The notes under the pieces were generated by a model. That model was given only the letters and a program-made list of their open reading frames with translations, did not search any database and had not been told where the DNA came from. Position numbers and translations under genes: made by a program. From the NCBI GenBank assembly GCA_028023455.1, contig JAQFVV010000008.1:6572001-6636000 (forward strand): a DNA stretch of 64,000 bases. Direction: 5' to 3'. The DNA comes from Epiperipatus broadwayi (lineage: Eukaryota > Animalia > Onychophora). Of the stretch, positions 12,896 to 23,245 are shown piece after piece (the stretch's first letter is position 1; each line of letters opens with the position of its first letter).

Positions 12896-14299
12896 TATAA
12901 CGTTTTCCGCCTTGCTAGGCCTCTATACGCATATAAACTGCGCGAGTTGATCAAGTTATGTAAAAGAAAAAGAAAGATGTTTCATATTTTTATTTAAAAA
13001 AAAAAGAACATTTCATTATTATTCTAAAAACATAACTATCTTTCCTGATCAACTCGGTCTAGAATTGTTGCAAGTACAGTTGCAAGCTGAATCAGTTTTT
13101 TATTTATAAATGAGGGCGCCAGAGTCACTTAGACTCACTGATTCTGCGTCAAACAATCATAACTCGTAAAGTAGTAAAAGACATTCCCCTTTGACTTAAT
13201 TAAGAAAATAAATCTACTTAGCAAAGGTAATTTATATTCTCATTTGATTCTAAATAATCAAAAGTAAAACTTAAATATAATAACTCTAAATTTATACACG
13301 TACAATGAAAGTTATGTTAATAACAAAGATTTAATATTTATGATAAATGAAAAATTATAATATTAGAAAGTATTGTGCACTACGAATTTAATAATTTGAC
13401 TCAAATATTGAAGTAATAGCTAGTTTGGGTCTTATTTTTCCGTGGTAACATTTCATACACTGCTCAGTTCGCAAATCTTTATATCAAAAAATTATAGGAT
13501 CAACATTTCATATACATCTCAGTTCATAAAGCTTTATATAAAGTTATGGGCATTAACTTACCGGTAAGTTGATATTTAAGTAGGTCATTGATCCTCCAAC
13601 GTCCAATTCCTTCAGTGGGTAGTCCGCAGAAGTTTTTTTTTTTGTTTTACTTTTTCCAAATCTCCGATCAATATTTAGGTAGAGTCAAACGACGATCTAG
13701 GTGACCTTTCTCGAGAGAAAGTGTCGGCAAACGATAGAGGTCTACTCACTCATGGAGAGCGGTTTCAGTTCGTATTAAGTGGACACATTTTTATTAATTT
13801 TTTTTTTATATATATAAAAATACGAGGCACTTCAAATTGCTCAACACTCTCTGGAACAACAAGACAAAGACACTTTTCAAACCTGTCGGCTTCTTTTATA
13901 TCCCCAGATTCTTTTTAGAAGTTCTGCGCATATTCCTTTTTACCTTTTGTTCTATTTTATAAACTTCTACATTATTTCTCATTTTTTTATTACAAAGTCT
14001 CTTTTCTCGTTATGAATTTCTGCCATTTTTAATTACTATCAGAAAGTCGTTTCTCATAGCAATCTTTTATCTGGAATTTCCTTTCACTATTTGAAACAAT
14101 TATTTGTTATGCACTTTCCAATATCGAATTTATTTTAGTTAAATTATATATATAAAAAAAATTAAACTTTCACTGTACGTTTTTCTTAAAACAACATTAT
14201 ATTACAAAAAAAAATTAAAGATTGGGTTCTCTCTTTTTTATTTAAATGATATACAATATTAAATAGTAATTTGTACCATATATATAAATAAACGGTACA
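12896..14299 (-). repeat. 5' LTR (1404 bp)
   Basis: Direct repeat of 7624-8979; carries about 53 extra bp at 14167-14219. Confidence 0.9.
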
Positions 14300-14377
14300 A
14301 TATATATATAATAATAAAATAAAATATAGTATATATATATATAATGAAAAAAAAGTTAAATAAATTAGCAAGTTAAA

Positions 14378-14490
14378 ATAAATAGACTATAATTAATCTA
14401 ATTAAGAAGCTAATTATAGAAATAATTATAAAAGGTAATTCAAATAAGTAGACTATAATTAATCTAATTAAGAAGCTAATTATAGAAATA
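14378..14490. repeat. About 48-bp direct duplication
   Basis: tagactataattaatctaattaagaagctaattatagaaata occurs twice, about 67 bp apart. Confidence 0.85.
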
Positions 14491-15817
14491 GGAATAAAAG
14501 GATACAAAGAATTAATTGATAAAAAGAGTAATTTGATAAGTAAAAGTAATTAAAAATAGGAAATATTCAGATACGTTACTAGTTATGTCTTGGAAGCTAG
14601 AGTTAATAGAAAAAAAATTTATAGGTATATGAAACATTTTTATGATGGGTCAATCGCTGATGCTACATTCTAAAAAAATAAATGGATGATCAGTGATAGT
14701 CAGTCAAAGAAAATAATTATTTCTCAAGAGTCTTTCCATCGCTGAAAATCCAAACCATGGATTTAAGGCATAAGCAGACTGCCATGACTTACATTATGAT
14801 TATTATAAGATTTTGAGCTGATAAAAGATGTCTGTAAATTTTTAAAAAAATAATTATATGAAATGTGAATTTTGAAGATTATTAAAATACTAATATTGTT
14901 TTATGCAAAAAAAAACTTTCTATATAGTTATTAATAAAAATAGTAAATGTGTTTCTAGTTTATTCTAATTGTTCACTCAATAATTAGACATTATAACTTT
15001 TATTAATATATGTCTAACATAATACATATATGTCATTAACTTTATTATATAGTTCTAAGAATTAAAAAAAATATTAACCTTAAAATTTTGCCACAATATA
15101 AAATAAAATAATAAAATTTTGATACTTAAAACCATTTAATAACAAGGTAAACTATTTTAATTATTTTTAAATTAATTTTAATAATCTTTGAATTAAAGTA
15201 AAAGTAATCTAACAAAATTTGATACTTATGTATTCGTCCTGCAACTTAGGAGAGATGGTACGCTTTTTCACATTCTTGATAAATGTCTAACCCTACGATC
15301 CCGTCAAATAAACCCTGCAATCTCATCTGATCTCGTCCAATAATGTAATAAATTTATACTTTCATTTATTATCCTGATTTCGTTCAGACAAATTCTTCTC
15401 AAAGTGTTTTTTACTTTAGTGCTGATTTATTTTTTTCCAATTTTTGATTACTACAATTTTTTTCTTTCTTTTAAAAAAAACAGTACAAAATGAAGAACAT
15501 TTTACTCGCTACTGAGATCAATACAGTCGAGTACATCCACATTTTGGACAAGCAGTGGCATTGTAACATTCGAGGATGTAATAATAAAATAGGCCTTTGT
15601 AAGGGAACATGGTTGAAAGGTTCAGAATTCCATTTTTGATCCCAAAATCCGATTTATTTACATCTGGGCTCACAAATTAATATCCATAGAATGGATGAAA
15701 ATAGAACTTGGTTCAGCAGAGAAAAATGTAAAATTGGAGGCCCTAACAAAATTGTTGAAACTGATGAGAGCCTTTTGCACAAAAAGAAAAGAAAAACCAA
15801 ACCACATGAATTCTTCA

Positions 15818-16046
15818 CATGATCAAATTTCCTATACTAGCACATTAATTGTTGATAAACAGAGCAAAACTCTCCATACAGTATCCAAAGCTCCTCACTG
15901 ACGAAGGCCACAAGCCAGAAACTAGTCTGGGGATATTGGATGAGTAGGCATTAGATAGGGATTTTATGCACAAGCCTTCTGGCATCCATTGATTACTCTG
16001 TTTAGCACAGGTGGCAATACTGTATGGAGAGTTTTGCTCTGTTTAT
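15818..16046 (+). mobile_element. Family-1 HHR insertion with 15-bp TSD and inverted 5' copy
   Basis: cacatgaattcttca is duplicated at 15803-15817 and 16047-16061; 15853-15884 is the reverse complement of 16017-16048. Confidence 0.85.
15892..15933 (+). ncRNA. Minimal type-I hammerhead ribozyme motif (family 1)
   Basis: TCCTCA-CTGACGA-A-GGC-CACAA-GCC-A-GAAA-CTAG-TC/TGGGGA. Stem I is TCCTCA:TGGGGA, stem III is palindromic ACTAGT, predicted cleavage after C15927. Confidence 0.75.
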
Positions 16047-17242
16047 CACATGAATTCTTCAGGAACAGTGGACGTTTGATGGCTTGTGCAGAGAGACCGA
16101 CAAGTGTTTCATCAAGAGAATTCATGGTAGAACAGCGGCAACTCTTATGGAAACCATTAAACAAAATGTGGAAGAGGAATCGACAATTTATTTGGACTGT
16201 TGGAAAGGCTATAAAAAGACTGAATTATGAGCTGCCGGTTTCCAACCATTTTCGTGTGAATCATCCTGGATGACATCAAAAAAATTAATCCACCATATTG
16301 AAGAAATAATAAAAGTGTAGCAATTTAATTTTTTTTTTTTTTTGGATTTGAATAAAATACATTTACTACTTATTAACACTGCTGATGAAGATCCCGTGCA
16401 GGCATTATATTGCACAATCACATGTGAAGTAAGTCTCTATTTTAAGAAAAATAAAAAATTTTACTTTGAGTCTCCATTTTGAAACAAAATTTTATCCACT
16501 CAAAATAAAGTAGATCAGACGAATTGATTATCTTATTGTGACAATTTCTCTAATATATGACATAGTAAGGTACTGTATGTGTATATTTAAACGTTTTGTA
16601 ATTTAGTGATTGTTTTGTCCAGAAAGTAACATTTGGGAATTGCATAATGCCATGACATATTTAATATTTTTTATGTGAAATTCATATTTTTTAGTATTGT
16701 TAAAAGTGTACTTTTTCAGATTTATTTTTGTGTGAAATTCATATTTTTATTATTGTTAGAAATTAATATTTTTAGTATTTGGCTAGATTTAGTCTGGTGC
16801 ACTTACTGTCACATATTAGAACTGCTACGCCTTTTCACATATGTATCCAGATTACTGATAACTTAATAAATCTTGCTAAAATATATACATGTGGTCCATT
16901 TTGACGAATTTATCATTTTAAGTTTATACAAGATCCAAGTGTACATGTTATTTGATCAGAACACAAAATTCGAAAGTTATTAGCAGATTGATACAAATGT
17001 GAAAAAGCCTAGCAGATCTAATATTTTGCAGGTCTCATAAGTACCCAAAATTTTTATGTAGATAAAATTCTAGTCACAATGCTACAATATATATATATAG
17101 CTTTTTTTTTAATCATTAATTATTTTATACAGTATTTGTAATTATGTAATTTGCATTTTTATTTTGTCTAGATTTTCTTTTATCTGTTTAATGATAATTA
17201 TAGCTATTTTGAAAACCTTTATTTCTTGTTATCTTTATTTAG

Positions 17243-17333
17243 TGGGGAATATCCATTGTTCAAAGAAAGCAGTGATAATATGGGAAGTTCTTATATTAGA
17301 GTTCATATTTTAAGAAAGCCTCTTCTTACAAAG
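17243..17333 (+). CDS. C2CD3: C2CD3 penultimate coding exon
   Basis: AG acceptor 17241-17242, GT donor 17334-17335. Encodes (S)GEYPLFKESSDNMGSSYIRVHILRKPLLTK, similar from memory to vertebrate [25 protein letters not shown]. Ends in phase 0, matching the next exon. Confidence 0.75.
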
Positions 17334-17949
17334 GTAATATATTATATATATGTAAATAGAATCTCTGCCATTATTATATGTAATATAAAAGGCACTAACA
17401 GGATGTATAATTTATTGTTTATTTTAATAAACCTGGTAAACTGTTCAACATGTTAATGTTCTACTAACATGCAAGATGTTAACATGTTGAAAGTGCATGA
17501 AGTTTACTAAAATAAATATTATATTATACACTCTTATACTGTCTTTTACATATATTTAAAGAAAACTACTGACTAAATTTAAAAAACAATACACAAGTTA
17601 TTTAATTAATTTTATTGATTTATAAAATGTCATCTGTATCTTGTTTATTATGGAATAAATTAATAATTTAAAAAAAAAAAAAAACTGATGAGGCTATAAT
17701 ATGCATGAAAATTATTCATTTTATTCTAATATTAGGCTGCGTTAATTTCAAACTTCACTTTTCTCAAATTGGAAATGTTTAGATGTTTCAGGATTAAAAA
17801 AATTATCCATGTTTCTTATTTTAGATAAATTCTTAATTAAAAAAAACAAAACTATGAAGATTTAATTTAGGAGATTACATTTATTTTTGTAAAAGTGTTG
17901 ATAGTGAAAAACTACTCATGATTAATATTTGATAACAGGTGAAAAAATT

Positions 17950-20900
17950 TTGAGTTGATCACTTTCCCTTTTAGTTTCACCTTTCTCTCACTTTTTTTAA
18001 GATGTTATATTTTAGCTTATTGATGGAGTGTAAGGGATGACTAAATAGATATTTATCTTTATTTGGGAAGTTATTGTCTGTAAATGGGCATGAATTATGA
18101 AGTAAGTGCACATACCAAGTACTTAGTGAAATCCTTAGATTTTGAATAATTTTGTTTTATTTTTTTGTTTTTTTAATCATTATTTTTGATAAGGTCTATT
18201 GGAAATCAATCTAGCATATCTTTACTTCTATTTGACTTCATTAAAGATAATATGCTTTATATTGTCAAATTTTCAGTGTCTAGTTTCTTGCATCAAACTG
18301 TCTGTGGTGAATAATTTATTAAGACATTGTTATATATAAGTTGTTTGCTAAATGACAACTTCCAAAACAGAATTTCTTCTCTAAGTTTGCGTTGCTTCTC
18401 AAATACTCAAAGCTATTTCTCTCCTTATAATCATCATTCACTTTTTTTTCTACATTTTCTTATATCTCTTCCAGCATATCTTTCCTAATTTTACTATCTT
18501 AAAGTAAAGTACATGCTCAATAGAAATTTTTATTACAGTTTTCTCAAAAAGTACTCTATTCATTGCTAATCTTATATTTTCAACTTATCTTTTTCATTTT
18601 TTTTTTCAAAGTGACCTCTCTAAAGTAATCAATCTTTTCATTTTTTTTCCTGTTGTTAAATGATTTATTTTTATTTTTATTGTAGATTTATAACTATACT
18701 CCAAACAAAATATTTAATAAATCTTTATTTTATATCTATATAAAAAACTATTTACTATTGTAAGCACTAATGCACTTTATAATTTTCTGTCTAGTGCATT
18801 CTTTTAATATTTTTTTTTTTCTACTTATTTTGTTTTAGTTATTTTTGCATTATATTTATCTCAAACTTTCCACAAGTTATTTCAGATTCACATAATATTG
18901 ATTATGCTCATTCTTACTACGTGCAAATATGGTCACATCATCAGTAATCTTATACAATAAAGCATTCTACTTTCAGTGCTAATTCCATTTTTATCAAAAC
19001 AACAATTATTTAAGAATTCATATAAATATATATTAAATAAAATAAATATAACAAAAGGAGTATTGGAAAAATAGATTTGATTTAATATGTAGAAGAATGA
19101 AATAATTAGGTGCGAAAAGCAGACTTATAAAAATGAAGTTATGGTTAAATATAGAAATGATAAATTAATAATAAAAAAAAATAAATGTATTGAAATAATG
19201 GAAAGAATATGTGAATTATTTTTTATGATGGAAATAATCTGCATTAATTTTTATAAAAAATCGAAGTAAATAAGAATGAAATAAGTTTGTGTAATGAAAA
19301 AAGAAATTAATAAATAGCTTTAATTATAATTGATAAAGTACAAAAAATTGATATTCTCATCGTCTAAAAAGTCTGTTCTTATTAAAGCTGCAACAAGAGG
19401 TGTAAAGCATTATATCTTTTCCATATGAAAACAATTTATTTAGTCTTATAAATCATCTTGATTTATATACAATTTTTTTAATAAATAGCCTCTTCCAATC
19501 TGTTTTTCTTTTTCAATTTACCCAACAAAATAACTCAAATATCTTTTTTTTTTAAGATGACTAAAACAAATATTTAACTTTTTTTTTCAGCCTTCATAAT
19601 GTTGTTTTTATCACATTTTAAGATCGTAAATGTTGATCAACTCAAATGGAATTTGGCCTTCTGCTGTCAAGAAAGAAGATAATGTATCACTTTCATAGCT
19701 TTGCCAAATCTAAACTATTCTTCAACTATAAATATGTTTAATTTATTAGAAATATGTCTATTTATGACTGTCATAAACATTTTAATTGCATTCAGTTAAG
19801 ATGATTATTATAGGATTGTTGTATTTTACTGAATTATGTCAATTTCTCTAGTGAAATTATAGCTATTGAAAGAAAATCTACCAGCCATTATTCTAAGTCA
19901 TAAATTACATTACAAACATCAGCCAATTCTGTCAACCATTTATTTCATAATTTTATAATTCAAATGAAATCCTATCAATTGTCTATTTCTTACTTGTTTT
20001 AATTTTAATTTTTTTAAATGGTAGTCTTAGTTCTACCATCACTAAATTGCATAAGTATTCATAGTAGATAATTTAAATGGAAATCTATTATTATTACCTG
20101 GAATTTTTTATGTGTAAGTTCTCATTTGCGATTTTTAACACGTATATGTATTATTTATTTTCATAAAATTTTATCTGCAAAAACTTACTATTCTTTTATT
20201 TTTGTACTTTTTATCTTTAATTATAATTTTATCTTTTTTGTCTTACTAAAATATTTTAATCCCCCATTATTATTATACAAATTTCAATGATTTTTTCCAA
20301 TTTTTGATCAATCTAAGACAATATGAAAAGTTTAGAGTTTATTCTATTACTTTCAATTTTTAGCTTCTCTTCTCTACATTTCAAAAAATTTCTTTACATC
20401 ACATCCATCTTACACAGAGTCTTCTTATAACTTTTTTAAAGTCTCTTGGGATCCTATTTATCCATCTGTGTTCTTGTCTTTTGATAGCATGTCCAAACCA
20501 GCTCACTTCTCTCGATGATGTCAGCAATTTTTGTTTAATTTCCTTCAATCCATTCTCATTAATTCTTGTATATATTTCCATACTTTGCTAGATGGTATGT
20601 AATCTCTATATTACTCTTATGTTAACTACTTAAACCTATAATTAAGCACTGTTAGAATACATTTATTAAAAATCTTTCTTTTCAAAAGCAAAAGCATAGT
20701 TCATTTTAATATTATTTCTGCCAAAAGATTTTCAAATTTCATTTTGATATATTTCATTCATTACTTTTTCATCTATATTAATAATTTGTATGCAATTTTT
20801 ATTATTATTTTTTTTAATTTCATTATTATACATTTTTATTTTTTCTGTAAAGAAAAATATCATTGGATGATTTTATTTATCCTATTTCTTTTGTTTTTGT

Positions 20901-20950
20901 AACATTTTCTAAAGGTCTTACTAATAAATTTATTTAATATTAGATCTACA
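17950..20950 (-). mobile_element. Decayed RTE-clade non-LTR retrotransposon fragments in the C2CD3 intron
   Basis: - strand relics TDDVTIFAR (about 18920-18945, xADD motif) and SWFGHAIKRQEHRWINRIPRDFKK (20399-20581), typical of the RTE C-terminus. Boundaries approximate; probably more than one copy. Confidence 0.6.
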
Positions 20951-21103
20951 TTGTTACTTTTATTACTTATTTAAATTTTAAAGACTGTTTCAATATATAT
21001 ATATATACATATTACCACTTTCAATAAACAATAATGTATCTTATTTTCATTATTATTTTGTGAAAAACTGTAATTATAATTTTTTTTTTTTTTTTTTTGG
21101 CAG

Positions 21104-23245
21104 GTTCATTTTACTCCAATTTCTGATGTAGATTGTGATCAGGATAAAATTAAATGTTTTCCTGATAAAAGTATATTGACTGCTACTAAAATATTTCCAA
21201 GTGATTTGAAAGATAACACAAAGTATCAGGATGAAAAACAATTGCTGAAATGTCATATCATAATTGAAAGAGCAGATCATTTACCACTAGTCACTGCTTT
21301 TAGAAGTAATCAATCTGTTAAGCCTAATTGTTATGTTTCTTGCCATGCAACTAAAACAGCTATTGTTACACCAATAATTGAACAGAATCAATATCCACAA
21401 TGGAACTTTGAAGAAGATACATTTCTTACAAGAGAATTGTTAACTTCAGATAGTAAAGGAATTATTTTTAAATTATGGCACAAATCAGCATCTCTTACAA
21501 GTATTTCTGAGCTTTCAACTCAAATGGTTGATAACTCACCTGATCGTGTTATAGGATTTGTTTCAGTAGATCTTTGCCCTCTTCTGTCAGGACTTAAACA
21601 TATTTATGGATGGTATAATATTATTGACTTTGCAGGTCAGTGTCAAGGTCAAATAAAAATAGGGATTGTTGTTCTTGACAATGATGATAGTTTGTCTTCT
21701 CAATTATCTCTTAATGATCATTTTGTTGAGTCATCTAATGAACAAAAGATATTCTCAAAGTATCAAAGTTCTAATGTATTTCCTACAAGTGCAAAAGAAG
21801 AAGAAAAACATTCTTTAAATTATGAATATAATGTGCCTTGTAATCTCTCAGATTTATATAATAAACTTAATCAGCATTTAGCTGATTTAGATCAACTTCA
21901 TTGCAAAATGAAGGAAAAATTAATAACTGAAGAAGCTATTACCCAAACTGATCAACTATTAATAAAAACATCCAATGAAGATGTAAAATTTAATGAAAAA
22001 TTGAATAGCTATATTGAAAAAATTAACTATGAAAACAAATTAATTCAGGTAGAAAATCCACTAGTACCTAAATTAAATTTGGATAACTTATCTGAAGAAG
22101 ATTCATTTCACAGATGTCACAATGCTGAAACTCAAACATGTTCATCAACTTCAGAAGAAATACCATTTCAAAATACTGATCTTATAATTCCAGAAATTCA
22201 TAAGCAAATCGATGTCCAGTACTGGTTAGAAAAGAATTTACAGCATAATCCATCTTCTTTGAGTTTACATATGAACAAAAATCCTTCTTTACATATTAAG
22301 GATTTGAGTGCGCAAGCAGGAAATAAATTTAATGAAAGTAAAAAAAGTAGTGCTACTTCTGAATTATCAAGTGATAATTTATGCCTGAGCAATACAGAAG
22401 AGAATGGAGATAATGATTTCATTCAGTCATTAAAAGTTTCAAATAAATGCAATGAAAATAAAAAAAATAGTGTTACTTCAGAGTCATCAAATGATAATTT
22501 ATCTCTGAGAAGTACAGAGGCATTTAATTATGTTAAAATGCCCACCATTTCTGAAATCTCAAGTTCAAATGAAAAGAAAACCATGAAGAGAGAACGAAAT
22601 AATACAGCCAACTGGTTGGCTAGAACATGGCAAAACAAAAATGGTAGTTTCTATAAGAAAATTGAATCGAGGTATATTGAAAATAATTGTTTGGCAAATA
22701 CCGAAAATACTTTAAAGTGTGCTCAGTGGGATAAAGATGATCTATTCTTGAAATCTCAGTATAAAGAATCTGATTTTACAAAAGCTAAAGAACTAAAAAA
22801 AATGAGTCCTAGAAAAGTTCATTTTGCAAGTAATGATATAACTGAAATAATACCAATAGAAGGTCATAATGAAACTCAAATTTTAAGTCCAATTGAAGAA
22901 TGTGATGACACATCTCAAAGTGAAGAACTAGAAACTGAAACAAATAAAGAATCTTCTAATCAGAATTCCAGTGAGAATTGTTTATCATTAAATGATTCAC
23001 AAGAAAATGCTTCGGAATTATTTAAAGTTCTTTCAAAATCTCAATATAAACTTTCTTGTAAGGAAAATAGAAATGATAAAAAAAGAACAGTTTCTGACAC
23101 AAATCAATCATTTATGCTACAAGAACTAATTAAAAATTCACAAGAAAAACAAATTCTGATGTCTGATTATAGTAAAGAAAGATTTTATAATCAGCATTTA
23201 AAAGAAAGAAAAGTGACTGAAAAAAAAAAGTATCCTTTTTGTTAA
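21104..23245 (+). CDS. C2CD3: C2CD3 terminal exon (last C2 domain plus long low-complexity tail)
   Basis: Poly-T tract and CAG acceptor at 21101-21103; open frame of 713 codons to the stop at 23245. IERADHL...PQWNF...FKLWHK...RVIGFVSVDLCPLLSGLKHIYGWYNIIDFAGQCQGQIKI matches the C2CD3 C-terminal C2 domain as I recall it. Confidence 0.88.
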   Translation, partial: VHFTPISDVDCDQDKIKCFPDKSILTATKIFPSDLKDNTKYQDEKQLLKCHIIIERADHLPLVTAFRSNQSVKPNCYVSCHATKTAIVTPIIEQNQYPQWNFEEDTFLTRELLTSDSKGIIFKLWHKSASLTSISELSTQMVDNSPDRVIGFVSVDLCPLLSGLKHIYGWYNIIDFAGQCQGQIKIGIVVLDNDDSLSSQLSLNDHFVESSNEQKIFSKYQSSNVFPTSAKEEEKHSLNYEYNVPCNLSDLYNKLNQHLADLDQLHCKMKEKLITEEAITQTDQLLIKTSNEDVKFNEKLNSYIEKINYENKLIQVENPLVPKLNLDNLSEEDSFHRCHNAETQTCSSTSEEIPFQNTDLIIPEIHKQIDVQYWLEKNLQHNPSSLSLHMNKNPSLHIKDLSAQAGNKFNESKKSSATSELSSDNLCLSNTEENGDNDFIQSLKVSNKCNENKKNSVTSESSNDNLSLRSTEAFNYVKMPTISEISSSNEKKTMKRERNNTANWLARTWQNKNGSFYKKIESRYIENNCLANTENTLKCAQWDKDDLFLKSQYKESDFTKAKELKKMSPRKVHFASNDITEIIPIEGHNETQILSPIEECDDTSQSEELETETNKESSNQNSSENCLSLNDSQENASELFKVLSKSQYKLSCKENRNDKKRTVSDTNQSFMLQELIKNSQEKQILMSDYSKERFYNQHLKERKVTEKKKYPFC

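Larger units (their letters stand above)
7624..14299 (-). mobile_element. Full-length LTR retrotransposon (Ty3/Gypsy, possibly Osvaldo-like), internally deleted and pseudogenised
   Basis: Two direct LTRs and a 4-bp TSD ATAT (7620-7623, 14300-14303). Internal order is gag stub, PR (WDSGSQISVMSE), RT (PLVVVKK..RLCLDAR; IYMNDVII), RNase H (EALAVVWAF; VRTDHKSL), IN (IDFYGP, YDLFSKW, SDHGTPF, SNPCE). Confidence 0.95.
15490..16265 (+). pseudogene. Merlin (ISXO2/IS1016-like) transposase relic, interrupted by an HHR insertion
   Basis: Frame-shifted pieces QWHCNIRGCNNKIGLCKGTWLKGS, KIGGPNKIVETDESLLHKKK, EQWTFDGLCRETDKCFI, TAATLMETIKQNVEEESTIYLDCWKGY and HFRVNH match the Merlin DDE motif order. Confidence 0.85.

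Noticed and set aside
16900-17460. Initially suspected Penelope GIY-YIG relic (KVIYYIY)
   Set aside because: The segment is better explained as the C2CD3 exon 17243-17333 read through its splice donor.
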